64,000 nt of DNA. It comes from Gordius albopunctatus. Taxonomy: Eukaryota. Below, piece after piece: positions 13,201 to 26,399 of this stretch (its first letter is position 1; every line of letters starts with the position of its first letter). The translations under genes were made by a program, and so were the position numbers. The notes beneath the pieces are model-generated. The model was not told where the DNA came from, did no database searches, and saw only the letters and a program-made list of their open reading frames with translations. The stretch lies in contig OZ193909.1 in NCBI GenBank assembly GCA_964276515.1, forward strand, positions 8,680,001 to 8,744,000, given 5' to 3'.

Positions 13201-16200
13201 CGGTTCAAAAGAAATTATATACGATTAGGTTGATAAATAAACTATACCAGTCTATTCATTCGTGTTTTCAACCAAGATGGAGTAGCCGTTTTATAATGCC
13301 TGAAACTATCATACATTTTAGAAAGTGAAAAGTTATCTGAAACACAATAAAGGTCAACAAAATGTTCAGGCTTTAATCGCCTACTAAAAGATTTTTGACA
13401 GTGATAAGTAGAAGTAGATTTAAAACCGATTTGTTACTACTAAAAAACGAATTGTCAGTGGAAATAAAAAAGTGATAATAAATTTTGAAGCTGAATAAAT
13501 TTATGCGAAAGATGTAGTAGTACGAAAAATAAAACTAATTAATATTCGCGGTAGATCTAGAAAATAAATACATTTAGCTAGAAATTAAAGAAATATTTTA
13601 AAACGTATTTTTATAAATACGAAACTTAAATTATAAATTCTAATAACATTTAATTTTTTATATCAATAAAAATAGGGAATCCGAAAGCCTTGCTTCGAAG
13701 TGTTTGAAAATTTACTTTCAAGTTTATTTTAGATATTTAACCTAAAATATCATATTTTTAGGCCACGATTTAAAAGCAGTGAAACGATTGAATAGAAACA
13801 TTGACAAAAGTAAAATTTTAGTTTCTACATATGAAGTTCATATATCACAAATAAATAATTGGTAAAATCGCCAACGCTTGTTCAGTTCAGGATAAATATG
13901 TAATAATTTGATAGTTAATTTTATATTTTATGCATTTAAATCATTCATTAAAAAACGTCAGGAAGGATATGTTTTGTTAGGATCATTTTTGAATTTTTAT
14001 AATAATTAAAATTCCGAGCCGGTATCTTATTATGTAAAAATTCAGGCCTGAACCAGGCACCTAATTTTTTAACTAAAATTAAAAGCCCGGTTTCAATTAA
14101 AAGAGAGATTAAAAATTATATCATAATAAAGCTTTCATTCTTGAATATTTCGCCCAAAACTATTAAAGGTTGAGAAACAATTGCAGGTGATTTTTATTAA
14201 TGTATACCATTTATTATCTTCACCAAACTTTAAAGATATATACGTTTTCTTTATATAAAGTTGACAGATTAAAAAAATTAATATTAATTAGTTATGGCAA
14301 AAAAGATCTGAGATGACATAAATTATGCTATTTATTATAAATTTTCCAACAGCTATTGAATTATTAATTTATGTACAAGTGATCAAAATTTGAATTTTTA
14401 AACAAAATCAACTGGTATTCAATAATAAATTCATGAATAATGAAAATATTTTTAGTCATATAGCTAGAATTTTAATATCTCAGCAAGAAATCTGTGTTTT
14501 TAAGATTTTGACCTACATACAAGATAAAGTTAATAACTTAATTTTTTATATACATATCTAACTTAAACTAATTATTGATATAGTATTTTAAGGTCAATAT
14601 TTATCCAAAAATCTATATAATTAGCATAATAAAAGGTCTTTATTATCCCTTTTCCTATCCAATAAGTGAAAAAAGTATTATTCTTTATATAAAATTAAGA
14701 CTTACAACAAATTATATTAAAAAAAATATATTAAATATTTTTAAACACAAACCATATGACATATATTTGGTAAAAAAATGATAATAATATAAAAAAGTGG
14801 GGAAAAATGTAACTGTTAAAAATAAGCTCAAATTTTACTTGGGGGAATAGTAAAATTTGATGGAAAATGCAATAATTGTGAAATAATATTTTTAATATTA
14901 TTTTTTATAAACCGTATTAGGCTGGTCAGCTATGAGCCATCTCTAACATATAAAATTTCATAATATAAAAAATTTGATGGTTAGTTTTAATCAATGCATT
15001 TAAAATGAGGCACTAGAAAAGCCTTATATCTAGTAAATTAAAATTTTAATAAAACAATAATGGAAAAAAGGTTGAACCTTCAAACTTCATAAAATTCTAA
15101 GCAATAATGAAGGCTAAGTGGTGGTATTTTGTTTTGCCTCCATTATAGTTATAGCTATTAAGAATTGGATTAAGGAGAAGAAAAATAGCTAGCATCCTCT
15201 GCCTCACCCTAGCCCATGAATAAAATTGTGATGACATAGTCAATAAATAAGATTTTAAGGCTAAAAAACATGAATTTAAAATGCAAGACATTTAATAAGT
15301 GTCATTCACTTAGGTTAAGCCAAAAACTTCTCAGTTATAAGAATTTTTATAATGTAGCTCCACCCCTCTTATGGATGCATGGAGTCCTTTTTATTTATTC
15401 AAATGGGCAATCCTATGTCACATAATATACTTACACTATGTTGTACTTGATCTATGCAATATGGTAAAGATATTCATGATAATTTTAGCAGATTAAGCGT
15501 ATTGATTAAATATAAATTATTGTGTTGGGGAATTATTAATCACATTCTAACCTGAGCATTTTCATAAAATTTTGCAAAAATCTTAAAAGTGACGCACCTA
15601 AAAACAATTTAATTCTATGGATATGAATAAAATCATTACCTTCATAAAAACAAAAGCACATATCTCCTTTCATAAATTAGATTAGCATGAATAGTGCTTA
15701 CTTAATAATGTATACTATTTCAAACTCAAAACAAATGAGCACTGCTAAAAATTTAGAATCCCCAGGTAAAATTTAGGTTCATTCTGAGTTAAGACTAAAT
15801 AAATATTAAGAACAAATAAAAAAAATTAGCCGTTAATTGGTCAGCGAGTTTGCTTAAAACTTATATTAACTAAAGATTACCTATTAGACAAGTTTAATTG
15901 TATATATAAATTTAAATAAGAGTTAAAAATTTATATAGAAAATATGTCCATTAACGTATCCTTACCATTCGAATTTCAAATTATCGATTTTGCCAAATTT
16001 TTATAGAATTCAAATAACACATGTTTCAAATTAGTTTCTCGAATGGTACACTCAGTGGCATTATATGCGAACTTTCTTTGAGCAAGGCTTGCGTCTAGGT
16101 AATGATTTTTAAGTATACTCCTTTTATATAATAATTTTTCTTCTTTTTCTCTCTTCCCCCTCTCACCCCCTCCCTCACCTAGCGTCTACTCCAAAGAAAT

Positions 16201-17024
16201 GCAACCAATCATGGCACACTGTCTAAACTTTAGAGCTCGTCTTTTGCACTCATCTTTCAGTATGACACCTCTTTTTACAACACTTACACACATCTCGAAT
16301 TTAACAATTATTATATTAGTTATATAATGTTCCTTATTACCTCTGGGCGACAAGGCGACGGATTAATTTAATTTTAAGTGAAGATTTTTTTGAACTTCTA
16401 TCTAACCAATCCGGGGTCCTTGTTTGCTCTCCCCATCCATCACTCTAACGACTTATCCTTTCTTTATAATCATACTATCTGTGCCCGGCCAAGCGTTGCT
16501 TTGGCTCAGTCCTTAAGTGGTTAAATAAGTATAACCTAAATAAGACTTATCTAAAATAAGGTCATATATGAAATAATTTATAATGTGAAAGGTCCTAATG
16601 CTAATGCAAATAAATATCCATAATATTTATTGAAGAGCGATATAAAATATTTATTAATACTTCTACAATGCTAAGGCAATAATCTGGCCAAATTTGGTGG
16701 CAATCGGTTGAGAACTTCAAAAGTTATTAGCGCACAAAAAAACGGCAGGATCCGTGGTATGAGGACATCTTCTCCAGTGAAAGGTCCAGTCAAAATCTAA
16801 TAAAAAGGGGAGAAATGCTAAAAGAAATATAAAATTATAGAATTATACGCGAGTAAAATCAATAGGCTTTAATGGTAATTGCTAAAAGTTATGAGTGGAT
16901 AAATAGAAATAATACTAACTTTAATTATTCATGCAGAAAAGTAGTGAGGCATTATAAAGAGGGTTGTAGGTTTGGGTAAGAGATGCTTCGCAGCTTAACT
17001 TCTTCCTTAGAAAGGAAGAAATTG

Positions 17025-20000
17025 CTATAATGCTTGGGGATAGACAATATTTTTGGTCATGTTATTATCTGTGTAGATATACAAATTTTGTGGATTGCCG
17101 ACGCGCGAACATGCAACATATAATTGTCCATGTGAAAAACAATCTGTTTCTAAATCTATACCACAAATTTCTAGAGACTGGCCTTGAGCTTTGTTAATGG
17201 TAATAGCAAATGCGAGTTTAAAAGGAAATTGCAATCTTTTGAATTCAAATGGTAAATCTGTTGGAATCAAAGGGATCCGTGGTATGAGGACATCTTCTCC
17301 AGTGAAAGGTCCAGTCAAAATCGTGGCCTCAACAACGTTGCATATTAAGCGTTTAATAGCAAGACGTGTGCCGTTGCAAAGTTTTGGCTGATTAACATTG
17401 CGCAACATCATAATCGGTACGCCAATTTTCAAATGCAAAACGTGTGGTGGTATGCCTGGGAGATCTAGCGAATTTAAAAATTCGAGCGGATAATTAACAG
17501 CGTCATCAGCAGTAACAACAGTGTCAACCGATTTGTAGGTAAATGGAGTGCCGTCAATTGTAGACAGAATGAGATTGTTAAGTTCTTGGACGTCTTTATT
17601 CTTTGGGGCAAGAATAGCCCGTTGACGGAGCCATATTCGATCCTGATAATGGGTGTTAATATTTGGAAAAACTTTTTCATCCAAAGCTGTTTTGGACGAC
17701 ACAAAATGGCAGAAGTTGGTAGGAAATGAAATCCGTCCTGTGTTTATATCGACGGGCACGGTTCCGTTTCCAATTTCTAGCAATTGATGGGAGAATAACT
17801 CACATGCTTGCTCATTTTGTAACATTACACGCATATTAGTAGTTAAATTTAAGGTTTTGACATAAGGCCATAAAATAGAATATTTTAGGCAAGCATTGAG
17901 TTCATCAGCAGGGGTTGATCGAGGAAGCACTGGTACAGTTTGCCTGAAATCTCCTGCAAGCAATAAAAATGCGCCACCAAATGGTCTGGAATCTCGCCGC
18001 AAATCTTGCAAAGAACGATCTAGAGCTTCGAGCGATTTTTTATGGGCCATTGTGCATTCATCCCAAACGATAAGTTTGCACCTTTCTAATACTTTACCCA
18101 TTCCAGATGCTCGGGAAATGTTGCACATGGGAGTTTCGCTATAATAAATGTTTAAAGGCAATTTTAATGCTGAATGAGCAGTTTTACCACCAGGCAACAA
18201 TGTCGCAGCTATTCCGGAAGATGCAAGAGCCACGGCTATTTCATTTTGGGATCGAACAGTTGCAAGAAGTAAAGTCAGTAAAAATGTTTTACCAGTTCCG
18301 CCAGGAGCATCTAAGAAAAAAATATCTCCAGAACCTTTATTAACAGCTAATAATATTGTATCATAAATGGCTTTTTGTTGGAGTGTTAGCCTTGGAACAT
18401 TAGAGCGCACATAAAACAAAAGATCTTCTTGGTTATAATTAAGTTCACGGTAGAATTCGGCATGTAATGGAGCGGCAGAAGAGCGATTAGGCGCAGGCAT
18501 CCCCAATTGTATTAAAACTTTATTCCCGATTTTTAAGCATAAATCTTCAAGAATAATTAAAGTTTGATTATAATGTGACATTTGAGGCATGTTAATGATA
18601 GGATGTGAAGTACTATTCCGATGAATAATATCTTCTGCCATGTGTGCTTTATATTTATCCCATAAAGATTTAGGATTTGACGGAGAGCATGAAGTCAATA
18701 TAATCGCAAATAATGCACGGATTTGTTTTGGATTTGTAGTATGACACGCTTCACTGATGCATTCATCCCAATGATTATCGTGTTCTAATAGATGCATAGC
18801 TCGGCATGCACTGCGGAAAGTGGGATGTACAACACCGTCGACCACTTTTAATTCTTGGAAACATGTAGGACCACGTACATTAATTAAAAGCATGCGAAGA
18901 AAGAAACATTCATCTTGATTGGGATGGATAGTGTATAGTCGGCCTATCGCATCATCTTCGAATATGTCAGGGTGTCCATCGACACGCTTTCCACGTTTGC
19001 GACGGCAAAACGATCTGCTACGCGAATTCCATGTGTAGTAGGTAGGTACCTCTGAATAGAGCAGCGTCTGCGCAAAAACATCATGTTGGCATAGCTTGAA
19101 GAAAGCTGTGAGCGTTGTGTCGGGGGGGTTTAAGGCGATTTGTTGGACATTAGCATTTGTAAAATAAACTCGCTGCCCATTTTCTAGATGCACGGCTAAG
19201 TGAACCACAGCAGGACTACGGTCATGTATGGGGAGGGATAGAATACGCCACACAGCTTCATTACTGCTAATGTATCTTCCAGCCTGATACTGTGCGATTT
19301 CATCGGTGTGAAGGTTCCCTAATTGGGCTATGCTATCTGGTTGAACAGTGAAAACTGCCATATCACTGCCTTTTTTTTACATATTTACAAATATATTTGA
19401 TGGATTTAACGGAGTTACAATACTCAACGTTGATGTGATCTTTGTATAATTTTAAGAGCAGAGGACTATATGGAACAACCCATCGGTTGTCCACCTCGAC
19501 CGTTGCATTGCGTATGGGGATGGGTGCTACGTTACCACCATCTTCTATTGATCTTCTTTTGTACAAAGGGTATCCATCGTTGCCGGTAATTGTATTGCAT
19601 ACTAAGCTTCGAGGATATCGCTTTGACATTTGCCGTCTTTCATGCATGGCGATCTTGGATTAAGTGTTCCGCAAGGGCCGTGTATCATATTTTTTGTAAC
19701 AATTTGGTACAAATCGTTATCTAAGTTGGGGTCGGGAATTTCAGAAGATATTAAAGCGTCGATTTCGTTTGACATAATCTTGCTATATAGCCATATGAGT
19801 ATATGGGCATGAGGCAAACCTCTCTTTTGCCATTCGACTGAATACATCCAGCAACGCACAGACCCAAATACCTCATGCTTAACAATGAGATTAAGCATTG
19901 ATTTAAGTTTTTGCGGGAAAACACGGGCGGTAATGTCATGCCTATCGATAGGTAATTGACCAGGAAATAAAAGGTCTTTTATGTCGTCCCACGCTGTGTT

Positions 20001-21329
20001 GCATGTAAAAGTTATAAATAGGTCCGGGCGACCGTATTTACGAACATACGCAATTGAATCTTGAGCGTATTCATGCATATGGCGTGGACTTCCTGTATAA
20101 GATGAAGGCAAAATGGTTAATCTCCCAACGTTAATGGTATTAGAGTCGTTACGAAGAGCATCTCGCAAATGGATATATTCTTCTGAGCGAAGTTTAGTCT
20201 GATTTAAGCGGATGTATAGAAAACGCTCCGATTCAATTTTGGCATACATATCCACGATATATTGGTGGAATAATTGCCGGCATTTTAAAATAAAATTGTC
20301 CCCGTCCGCTCGAATCATTATTCTGTATGAATAATAGTTCATAGCGCTGCATTTTGAGTTTGTAGGTTCGCCATTGATTGGATTTATCATCTTAACGTTA
20401 AAGTGATATCCGTCAGCACCATCCCAAAATATAATTGGATATTGTAGGGGGTCATAGCAGCGATGAGTATCCGAAACTTGTGTCAAAGCATTGTTTCTCC
20501 TATGAAGCACAATGTCTCTAGGTTGAAATTGATCCCCAACTATAACAATAGCGACTTCATGTATAGTTGGGGCATTAAATCTTCTCCCATGTTCTCCCGG
20601 AGGTGTTTTGTCAGCATGAATGACTATTTTGTGGGTATCTGAAGGCATTATGTCCAGTGCAGTTTTGAATAAACGCACTAAATTATTATTAGCATGAAGC
20701 AGCAACTGAAGCTGTGAAACGATGGATCTTTTTAAACCGCTAAAAATGTCGAGGCGTGCACCTAATTCTATCTCATCATCTCCGATAAAATATAGTTGTA
20801 GGAACTTATGTTGCCCTTCTGGCAATGGAAGGAGGGATCCGGCTTTATGATAAATTTGACTTTTTACCTTGAATGTAGGCATGAATTGTGTGGTTACAAC
20901 ATCAGCGCCAAACGACGTCATTTGGAAACAGGAGTTGTATTTCCTGATGTTAGATAGAAAATGTTTAGAATCAGTGGTATAACCAGCCAGCAATGTTTTT
21001 AATGGCTCAGGCGGTTCTGCAAGGTGAGACAGTTTAATTTTTCCGGCTGCGCAACGCATTCCAGTCGTTTCTCCAGCAAATTTCAAGGCATTGCAATGAG
21101 GGCACACAATAGACATAGTACCAATGAGAACATGGCGACGTAAACTTTCAATATTAGATGGGTAAGAAAATGCTAGGCGGTTGCCTGCGGGTAATGGCTG
21201 AGCACGTGAAGGTGGCTGAGGCAGAGTTGCAGACTGTTGTAGTTCATTTTCAAGCTCAAGAGCACGCAATCGGCGCACTCGATCCGTATTTCGTGTTTTA
21301 CGTCCAATAGATGTTTTCTTGGGGCGCAT
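17025..21329 (-). pseudogene. Helitron RepHel transposase (HUH Rep + PIF1 helicase) with two frameshifts
   Basis: Rep motifs FITFTCN, EWQKRGLPHAHIL and KYICKYV. Helicase motifs LDAPGGTGKT, IVWDECTM, GDFRQ, FAITINKAQGQSL and HGQLYVACSRV. Frameshifts near 19627 and 19371-19378. Confidence 0.92.
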
Positions 21330-21399
21330 GAATCTAAAGTCGATATACTAAGAAAATGAAAAATACATAAATAAGTCGAATTTTTTTTAAAGTAAAACT

Positions 21400-22140
21400 T
21401 GTTTTTATTAAATGAAACTTTGTATGCTAAAAAGTTATTAAAGTAAAAATGTAGTGTAATAATAGTATAATGTTTCCCTATGTATTAAAAACATTCAATA
21501 GTATTTTACAAAGATAAGTTTAAAGTTTGAAGTTTTAATCAAATATGGTTAAAAAGATATAACAAATTTAAATGTGGGATAAAAAATACCATAGAAATGC
21601 TCTTAGTTTGGAAAAATATTTCTAATATAAAATTGTTAAGGTTACTTAAACAGCAGTGATTTCAGTTGTTTCTAATGCATGATGTGTTGTTTTCTTGGGT
21701 TTAGACTTTTCAGAAATATAAGGCAACATATGGAGAAATTATTTGTAATATCTTGAAGTAGGCTTAAATAATTATTAAAGCAAAAATGTAGTGTAATAAA
21801 ATTGAGGTTACTTAAACAGCAGTGATTTCAGTTGTTTCTAATGCATGGCGTGTTGTTTTCTTGGGTTTATACTTTTTAGACTTTTCAGAAATATAAGGCA
21901 ACATATGGAGAAATTATTTGTAATATCTTGAAGTGGGCTGTTTTTATTAAATGAAACTTTGTATGCTAAAAATTATTAAAGTAATAAAATTGAGGTTACT
22001 TAAACAGCAGTGATTTCAGTTGTTTCTAATGCATGATGTGTTGTGTTCTTGGGTTTAGACTTTTCAGAAATATAAGCCAACATATGGAGAAATTATTTGT
22101 AATATCTTGAAGTGGGCTGTTTTTATTAAATGAAACTTTG
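21400..22140. repeat. Three imperfect tandem repeats (about 170-190 bp) in the Helitron 5' non-coding region
   Basis: GGTTACTTAAACAGCAGTGATTTCAGTTGTTTCTAATGCATG...GGAGAAATTATTTGTAATATCTTGAAGT recurs near 21640, 21807 and 21994. Confidence 0.85.
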
Positions 22141-22684
22141 TACTCTTGATGGGCGCTTTGATTATTATAACAATATTTTCACGTCAAAAGTTTAGATACG
22201 TAAACCTTTAATAGAGCACGCGTCTTTTTTATATTATAAAATTTTTGATGTTTTACGGTTTTTAATTATTTAGTTGTAACAGATATATATATATATTGTA
22301 AAAAATAACCCAAAGGTGAATAAAAATAGTGAAATATGTGACAAAAGATTAGTAGGAAAACATTTAAAACTATGAGCACAACTCTAACATAAAATAATAA
22401 TCGAGATAAGCGTTGTAGCTGACGTCCGCTAGATGGCGGTAACCAAATTAAAAAACATGGTTCCCGCTGTCGCAGCTTGATAAAAAGTATCTATAACCCA
22501 TCTACAATGATAAGGCAATAATCTGGCCAAATTTTATGGCAATCGGTTGAGAACTTCAAAAGTTATTAGCGTACAAAAAAACGGGACTTAGATTTATATA
22601 TATATAGATATTCGTAAGCTAGTTTCCTTTAAAATATTTCCCACTTGAAGTTATTCTAGCACTCGCTATTAAATAAAAAATACA

Positions 22685-23880
22685 ATGGCTTCTCTAAACG
22701 TTAACACTGTTAATGACAAATGGGACGATCTAATAACCTTCATAAAGATTCATAATAACGATGTCATCCTTCAACAAACGAGAACTAAAGAGAACGGCCT
22801 GCAAAAATTTCATGACTTTATATCATATAATTCAGGTGCAAAAATCGATAAAGATGCATGAGTCCCTATTGTAGTTAGGAACTCACTCTCTATATCTTTC
22901 ACAACCCTGTCTCCCGGAGAATTATTACATTAACCCTTGAGATTAACAAAAACAAACGGCTAATGTTATTAACATTTTGTCTCCCCCCCCCCCACAAAAA
23001 AAATATCGAAAATACATTGTTGAATTTTTCAAAACAACCATCAACAAATATTCTATCTCCATAAAAATCATCATATGGGACTTTAATACCTCGGTGAAAT
23101 CATCCCCTAATTTCCACACAACATAATCCCTCAACTTATAATCCATCCCCTATCACAACAAATGGCTCTCCTCTGAATCACTTCGCCTTATGGATGAGAG
23201 AAGCGCAATAACCAGATCATCAACCAAATTCAAGAAAGAGCATCTAAAGAAATCAACTAGCTGATTAAGGCACGTGTACAACGCGATAAGAGGATTTACG
23301 TAGCGTAAATAATAAGAGAAGCAGAAGTAGCAAGTAAAACGAACAATGCCCACAAACTTTAAGAAAGCAAAAGCCTTATTCAAAGGCCTGAAACTCAGTA
23401 GCAACGAGCATCCAATTACATCCCACCCCAAACCCAAAGATTCCAAGGTTCAGCTAAAATCATGAGAAAGGCACTTACGCAACATCCTTTCCCTCCCCAC
23501 CCCATTTCCTTACACAGATATTTATGCAAAATTTATCAAAGTCTTTGGTGAGGCCAACATAGATTATCAACCCCCTAGCGGTTACGAGATCATGCGAACC
23601 ATAAAAAAACATAATAACCAATAAACCACTGACAAGGAATGAATCTCTGCTGAACTATATAATGCTAATCCAGATTCTTCCCAGCTCCTGCGACCACTAT
23701 TCGAAAAGGTATGGTCAAATGAACAACTGCCCGAATCAGGATCAAGTAGTGTTCTAATAAAAATAAAAAGGCAACCATCTTGACCCGAATAACTGGAGAG
23801 GCATAGCGCTAATAAATGTTACCTCAAATCGTATATAGACAGTAAATTAAATCCCGCACAAGCCGGCTTCAGAAGATCTG
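22685..23880 (+). mobile_element. Degenerate non-LTR retrotransposon (APE endonuclease start plus start of RT)
   Basis: Translated remnants MASLNVNTVNDKW..DVILQQT (APE N-terminus) and ISAELY..LFEKVWSNEQLP..DPNNWRGIAL..LNPAQAGFRRS (RT), with stops and frameshifts. Confidence 0.7.
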
Positions 23881-24035
23881 ACTGCGCAAAAAGCCCCCTA
23901 TGCGAAAAAAAGCCAAATGAATTTTTAAGCTAATTTATCAAATCGTGAAATTTATCATATATCAATGGTATTGCACGAATATCATTGATAAGATCGTAAT
24001 TATTCTACAAAAATATAAAATTATATAAAATATTA

Positions 24036-25891
24036 AACTTGGGCCTTCGGCCCTTGTGGGAAGGGGGAAGGGAAGGGGGAACGAAACTAATCTATACTCC
24101 GTATAAACGTAGCATATTTGCTATGCAATTTATGGGCGAGAAAGGTGGGAAGGGGCAGAAATGCCTATAGAGGGGTATTAAATGCAAAATGATTAGTTAA
24201 TTATTTATGCAAATTTTCCATTTAATTAAAAAAAAATTGCCCTCGCCGGGATTCGAACCCACATTAAATAGAGGCATAAGCCTTTGTAGCACAGGGACCC
24301 ATATCAATAGAGGCATAGGCTCTTGTAGGGGAGGGCATAGGGTAATTATCAATGTTAACCTATTCAAAAACAAAAAATTTTGATTTATTTGACCAATGGT
24401 CATTTTTTCATTGGTCAGTAGCCTGCGGACGGTCAAAAAGTCATATTATCCATGGTATTAACAAGAACATAATATTAATTTAATTTTTAAAAAAATAAAA
24501 AAATTTTGTCCTCTCCGGGTCTCGAACCCCAACCTGCAAGTTAGTAAGCTGTTCGCTATAACCACTCATACCATGCTGGTATTAAAATTGTAGAATTTTT
24601 TATGTTATTTATATAGATAATGAAATAATAAATTGTGTTTTATGTTTATTATATAATAAAATGAAACAATAATAGAAAATCAATATATTATAGATAATTT
24701 AACAAAAATTGAGGGATTCAGTTTATGCAGCATAATACTTCTCTAAATCTTTAACGAATTTTGGGTGAACCGCAAATTTTTTGTCTAAAAACATTTTTGT
24801 GACCCAAGCAATTGTAGTAGATGCTTCGTAATCTTTCAAATCCTTAAAATCTAGATGCATCTCAGGGGTTGGGGAATGTCGACGTTTCAGATCATTACAA
24901 CGGTCTATAAATACATACGAGTCAAAAAAAAAATTTCGATTCACATTTTGGCCAATGGTCATTTTTTCCATTGGTCAGTACCAACAGATACTCTATAAGT
25001 CAATGATAGCCAAAAAAAACGGAAAAAAAAATTTTGATGCTCACTTTGGCCAATGGTCATTTTTTTTATTGGTCAGTAGCCTGCCGACCGTCAAAAAGTC
25101 ATATTATCAATGGCATTAACAGGAACAATCATAAGAGTCAAAAAAAACGGGAAAAAAATTTCAATTCACAATTTGGCCAATGGTCATTTTTCCCATCGGT
25201 CAGCAGCCAGCGGACTGCCAAAAAGTCATAATATCAATGGTAGTAACAGGACAATCATAAAAATTGCATAGCAATTAAATCGGTCAGCAGCCAGCGGACG
25301 GCCAAAATGTCATAATAGCAATGGTATTAACAAGAACAATATATTAATTTAAAAAAAAACGAAAAATAAAATTTTGATTTATTTGGCCAAGGGTCATTTT
25401 TCCAATTGGTCAGTAGCCTGCGGACGGTCAAAAAGTCATATTATCAATGGTATTAACGAGAACAATATATTAATTTAATTAAAAAAAATAAAAATTTTTG
25501 TCCTCTCCGGGATTCGAACCCTCATAAATAGAGGCATAAGCTTTTGTAGGGCACAGCGACCCATATCAGTAGAGGCATAGGGTAATTAGCAATGTTAACC
25601 TAATATACCAATTCAAAAACGAAAAAAAAATTTCGAACAAAATTTGGCCAATGGTCATTTTTTTCAATGGTCAGTAGCCAGAACACGGTCAAAAAGTCAT
25701 ATTATCAATGGTATTAACAAAAACAATATATTAATTTAATTTAAAAAAAAATTAAAAAAATTTTATCCTCTCCGGGTCTCGAACCCCAACCTTGCAAGTC
25801 GGGAAGCTGGTGTAAATAACTTGGTGGGCGACGGACGGACGGACGATGGACGGACAACAAAAAACGAGCCCATAAATTGCATAGCAATTAA
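24036..25891 (-). mobile_element. DINE-1/HINE-like non-autonomous Helentron-type element with central tandem repeats
   Basis: 18-bp subterminal inverted repeat (24118-24135 / 25870-25887), (GTCC)n microsatellite near the 5' end, GGGCCGAAGGCCC stem-loop at the 3' end, and internal CTGACCAATGG..GACCATTGGCC monomers. Same layout as 33412-35213. A second partial 5' terminus lies at about 25261-25279. Confidence 0.75.
24704..24904 (-). pseudogene. Serpin-like exon fragment inside the repeat element
   Basis: AG..GT-bounded 201-nt phase 1-1 exon encoding ..TIAWVTKMFLDKKFAVHPKFVKDLEKYYAA*TESLNF, resembling the serpin strand 2A / helix E / strand 1A region. One in-frame TAA. Confidence 0.55.
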
Positions 25892-26399
25892 AAATACATA
25901 CATAACAAATTCAATTTTCTAACCATCGCGCGAAAAGTCAAAATGATTTGTATCTTATTTCCTTCGCTTTTTGCCGCGGGCGAAAATAATCGTCTGCGGT
26001 TTCACTATGAACGCCTCCTATTTACAATTGTTATTTTCGTGATATATATGATAACTTTCACGATGAATATTAAGTTATTAAGAAAAAGAATGAAGAGTTT
26101 GATAAATTAGCTTAAAAATTCACTTCACTTTTTTCGCTTTGCGCGTCATCACGAACGCCCCAATCACTCCGAACTCAGGTGTCAGGCAAAGATGCTCCTT
26201 ATCTCCTCTAATTTTTATTTCGGTTTTAAACCTATTATTGAAGAGATATGTATTCCCAAGAGATGGCTGCCGTTGAGCAACAACAAGAGAATCTAATCTC
26301 TCTTGTTTGCCCATTATATTTACCTCATCTTCGACTCACTGACCAACCGACAAAACATGCACGACAGATATGCTCAATAAGCAACCTGAGTCCATCTTG

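Larger units (their letters stand above)
16475..22608 (-). mobile_element. Autonomous-type Helitron (Rep/PIF1 helicase), about 6.1 kb
   Basis: On the - strand it starts TCTATATATA at 22608 after an A, and ends with hairpin GCCAAAGCAACGCTTGGC then CACAGATAG (CTAG variant) before a T, i.e. an A|T target with no TSD. It encloses RepHel ORFs. Confidence 0.92.

Noticed and set aside
24510..24578. Functional tRNA gene
   Set aside because: A- and B-box-like motifs are present, but I could not form a convincing acceptor stem or cloverleaf, and it lies inside a repeat family.
24723..24725. TAA reassignment or readthrough in the serpin-like exon
   Set aside because: TAA terminates troponin C and the PID gene normally; a point mutation in a dead fragment is simpler.
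26120..26314. 64-aa minus-strand ORF next to the RTE 3' end
   Set aside because: No recognisable motif or supported splice partners.
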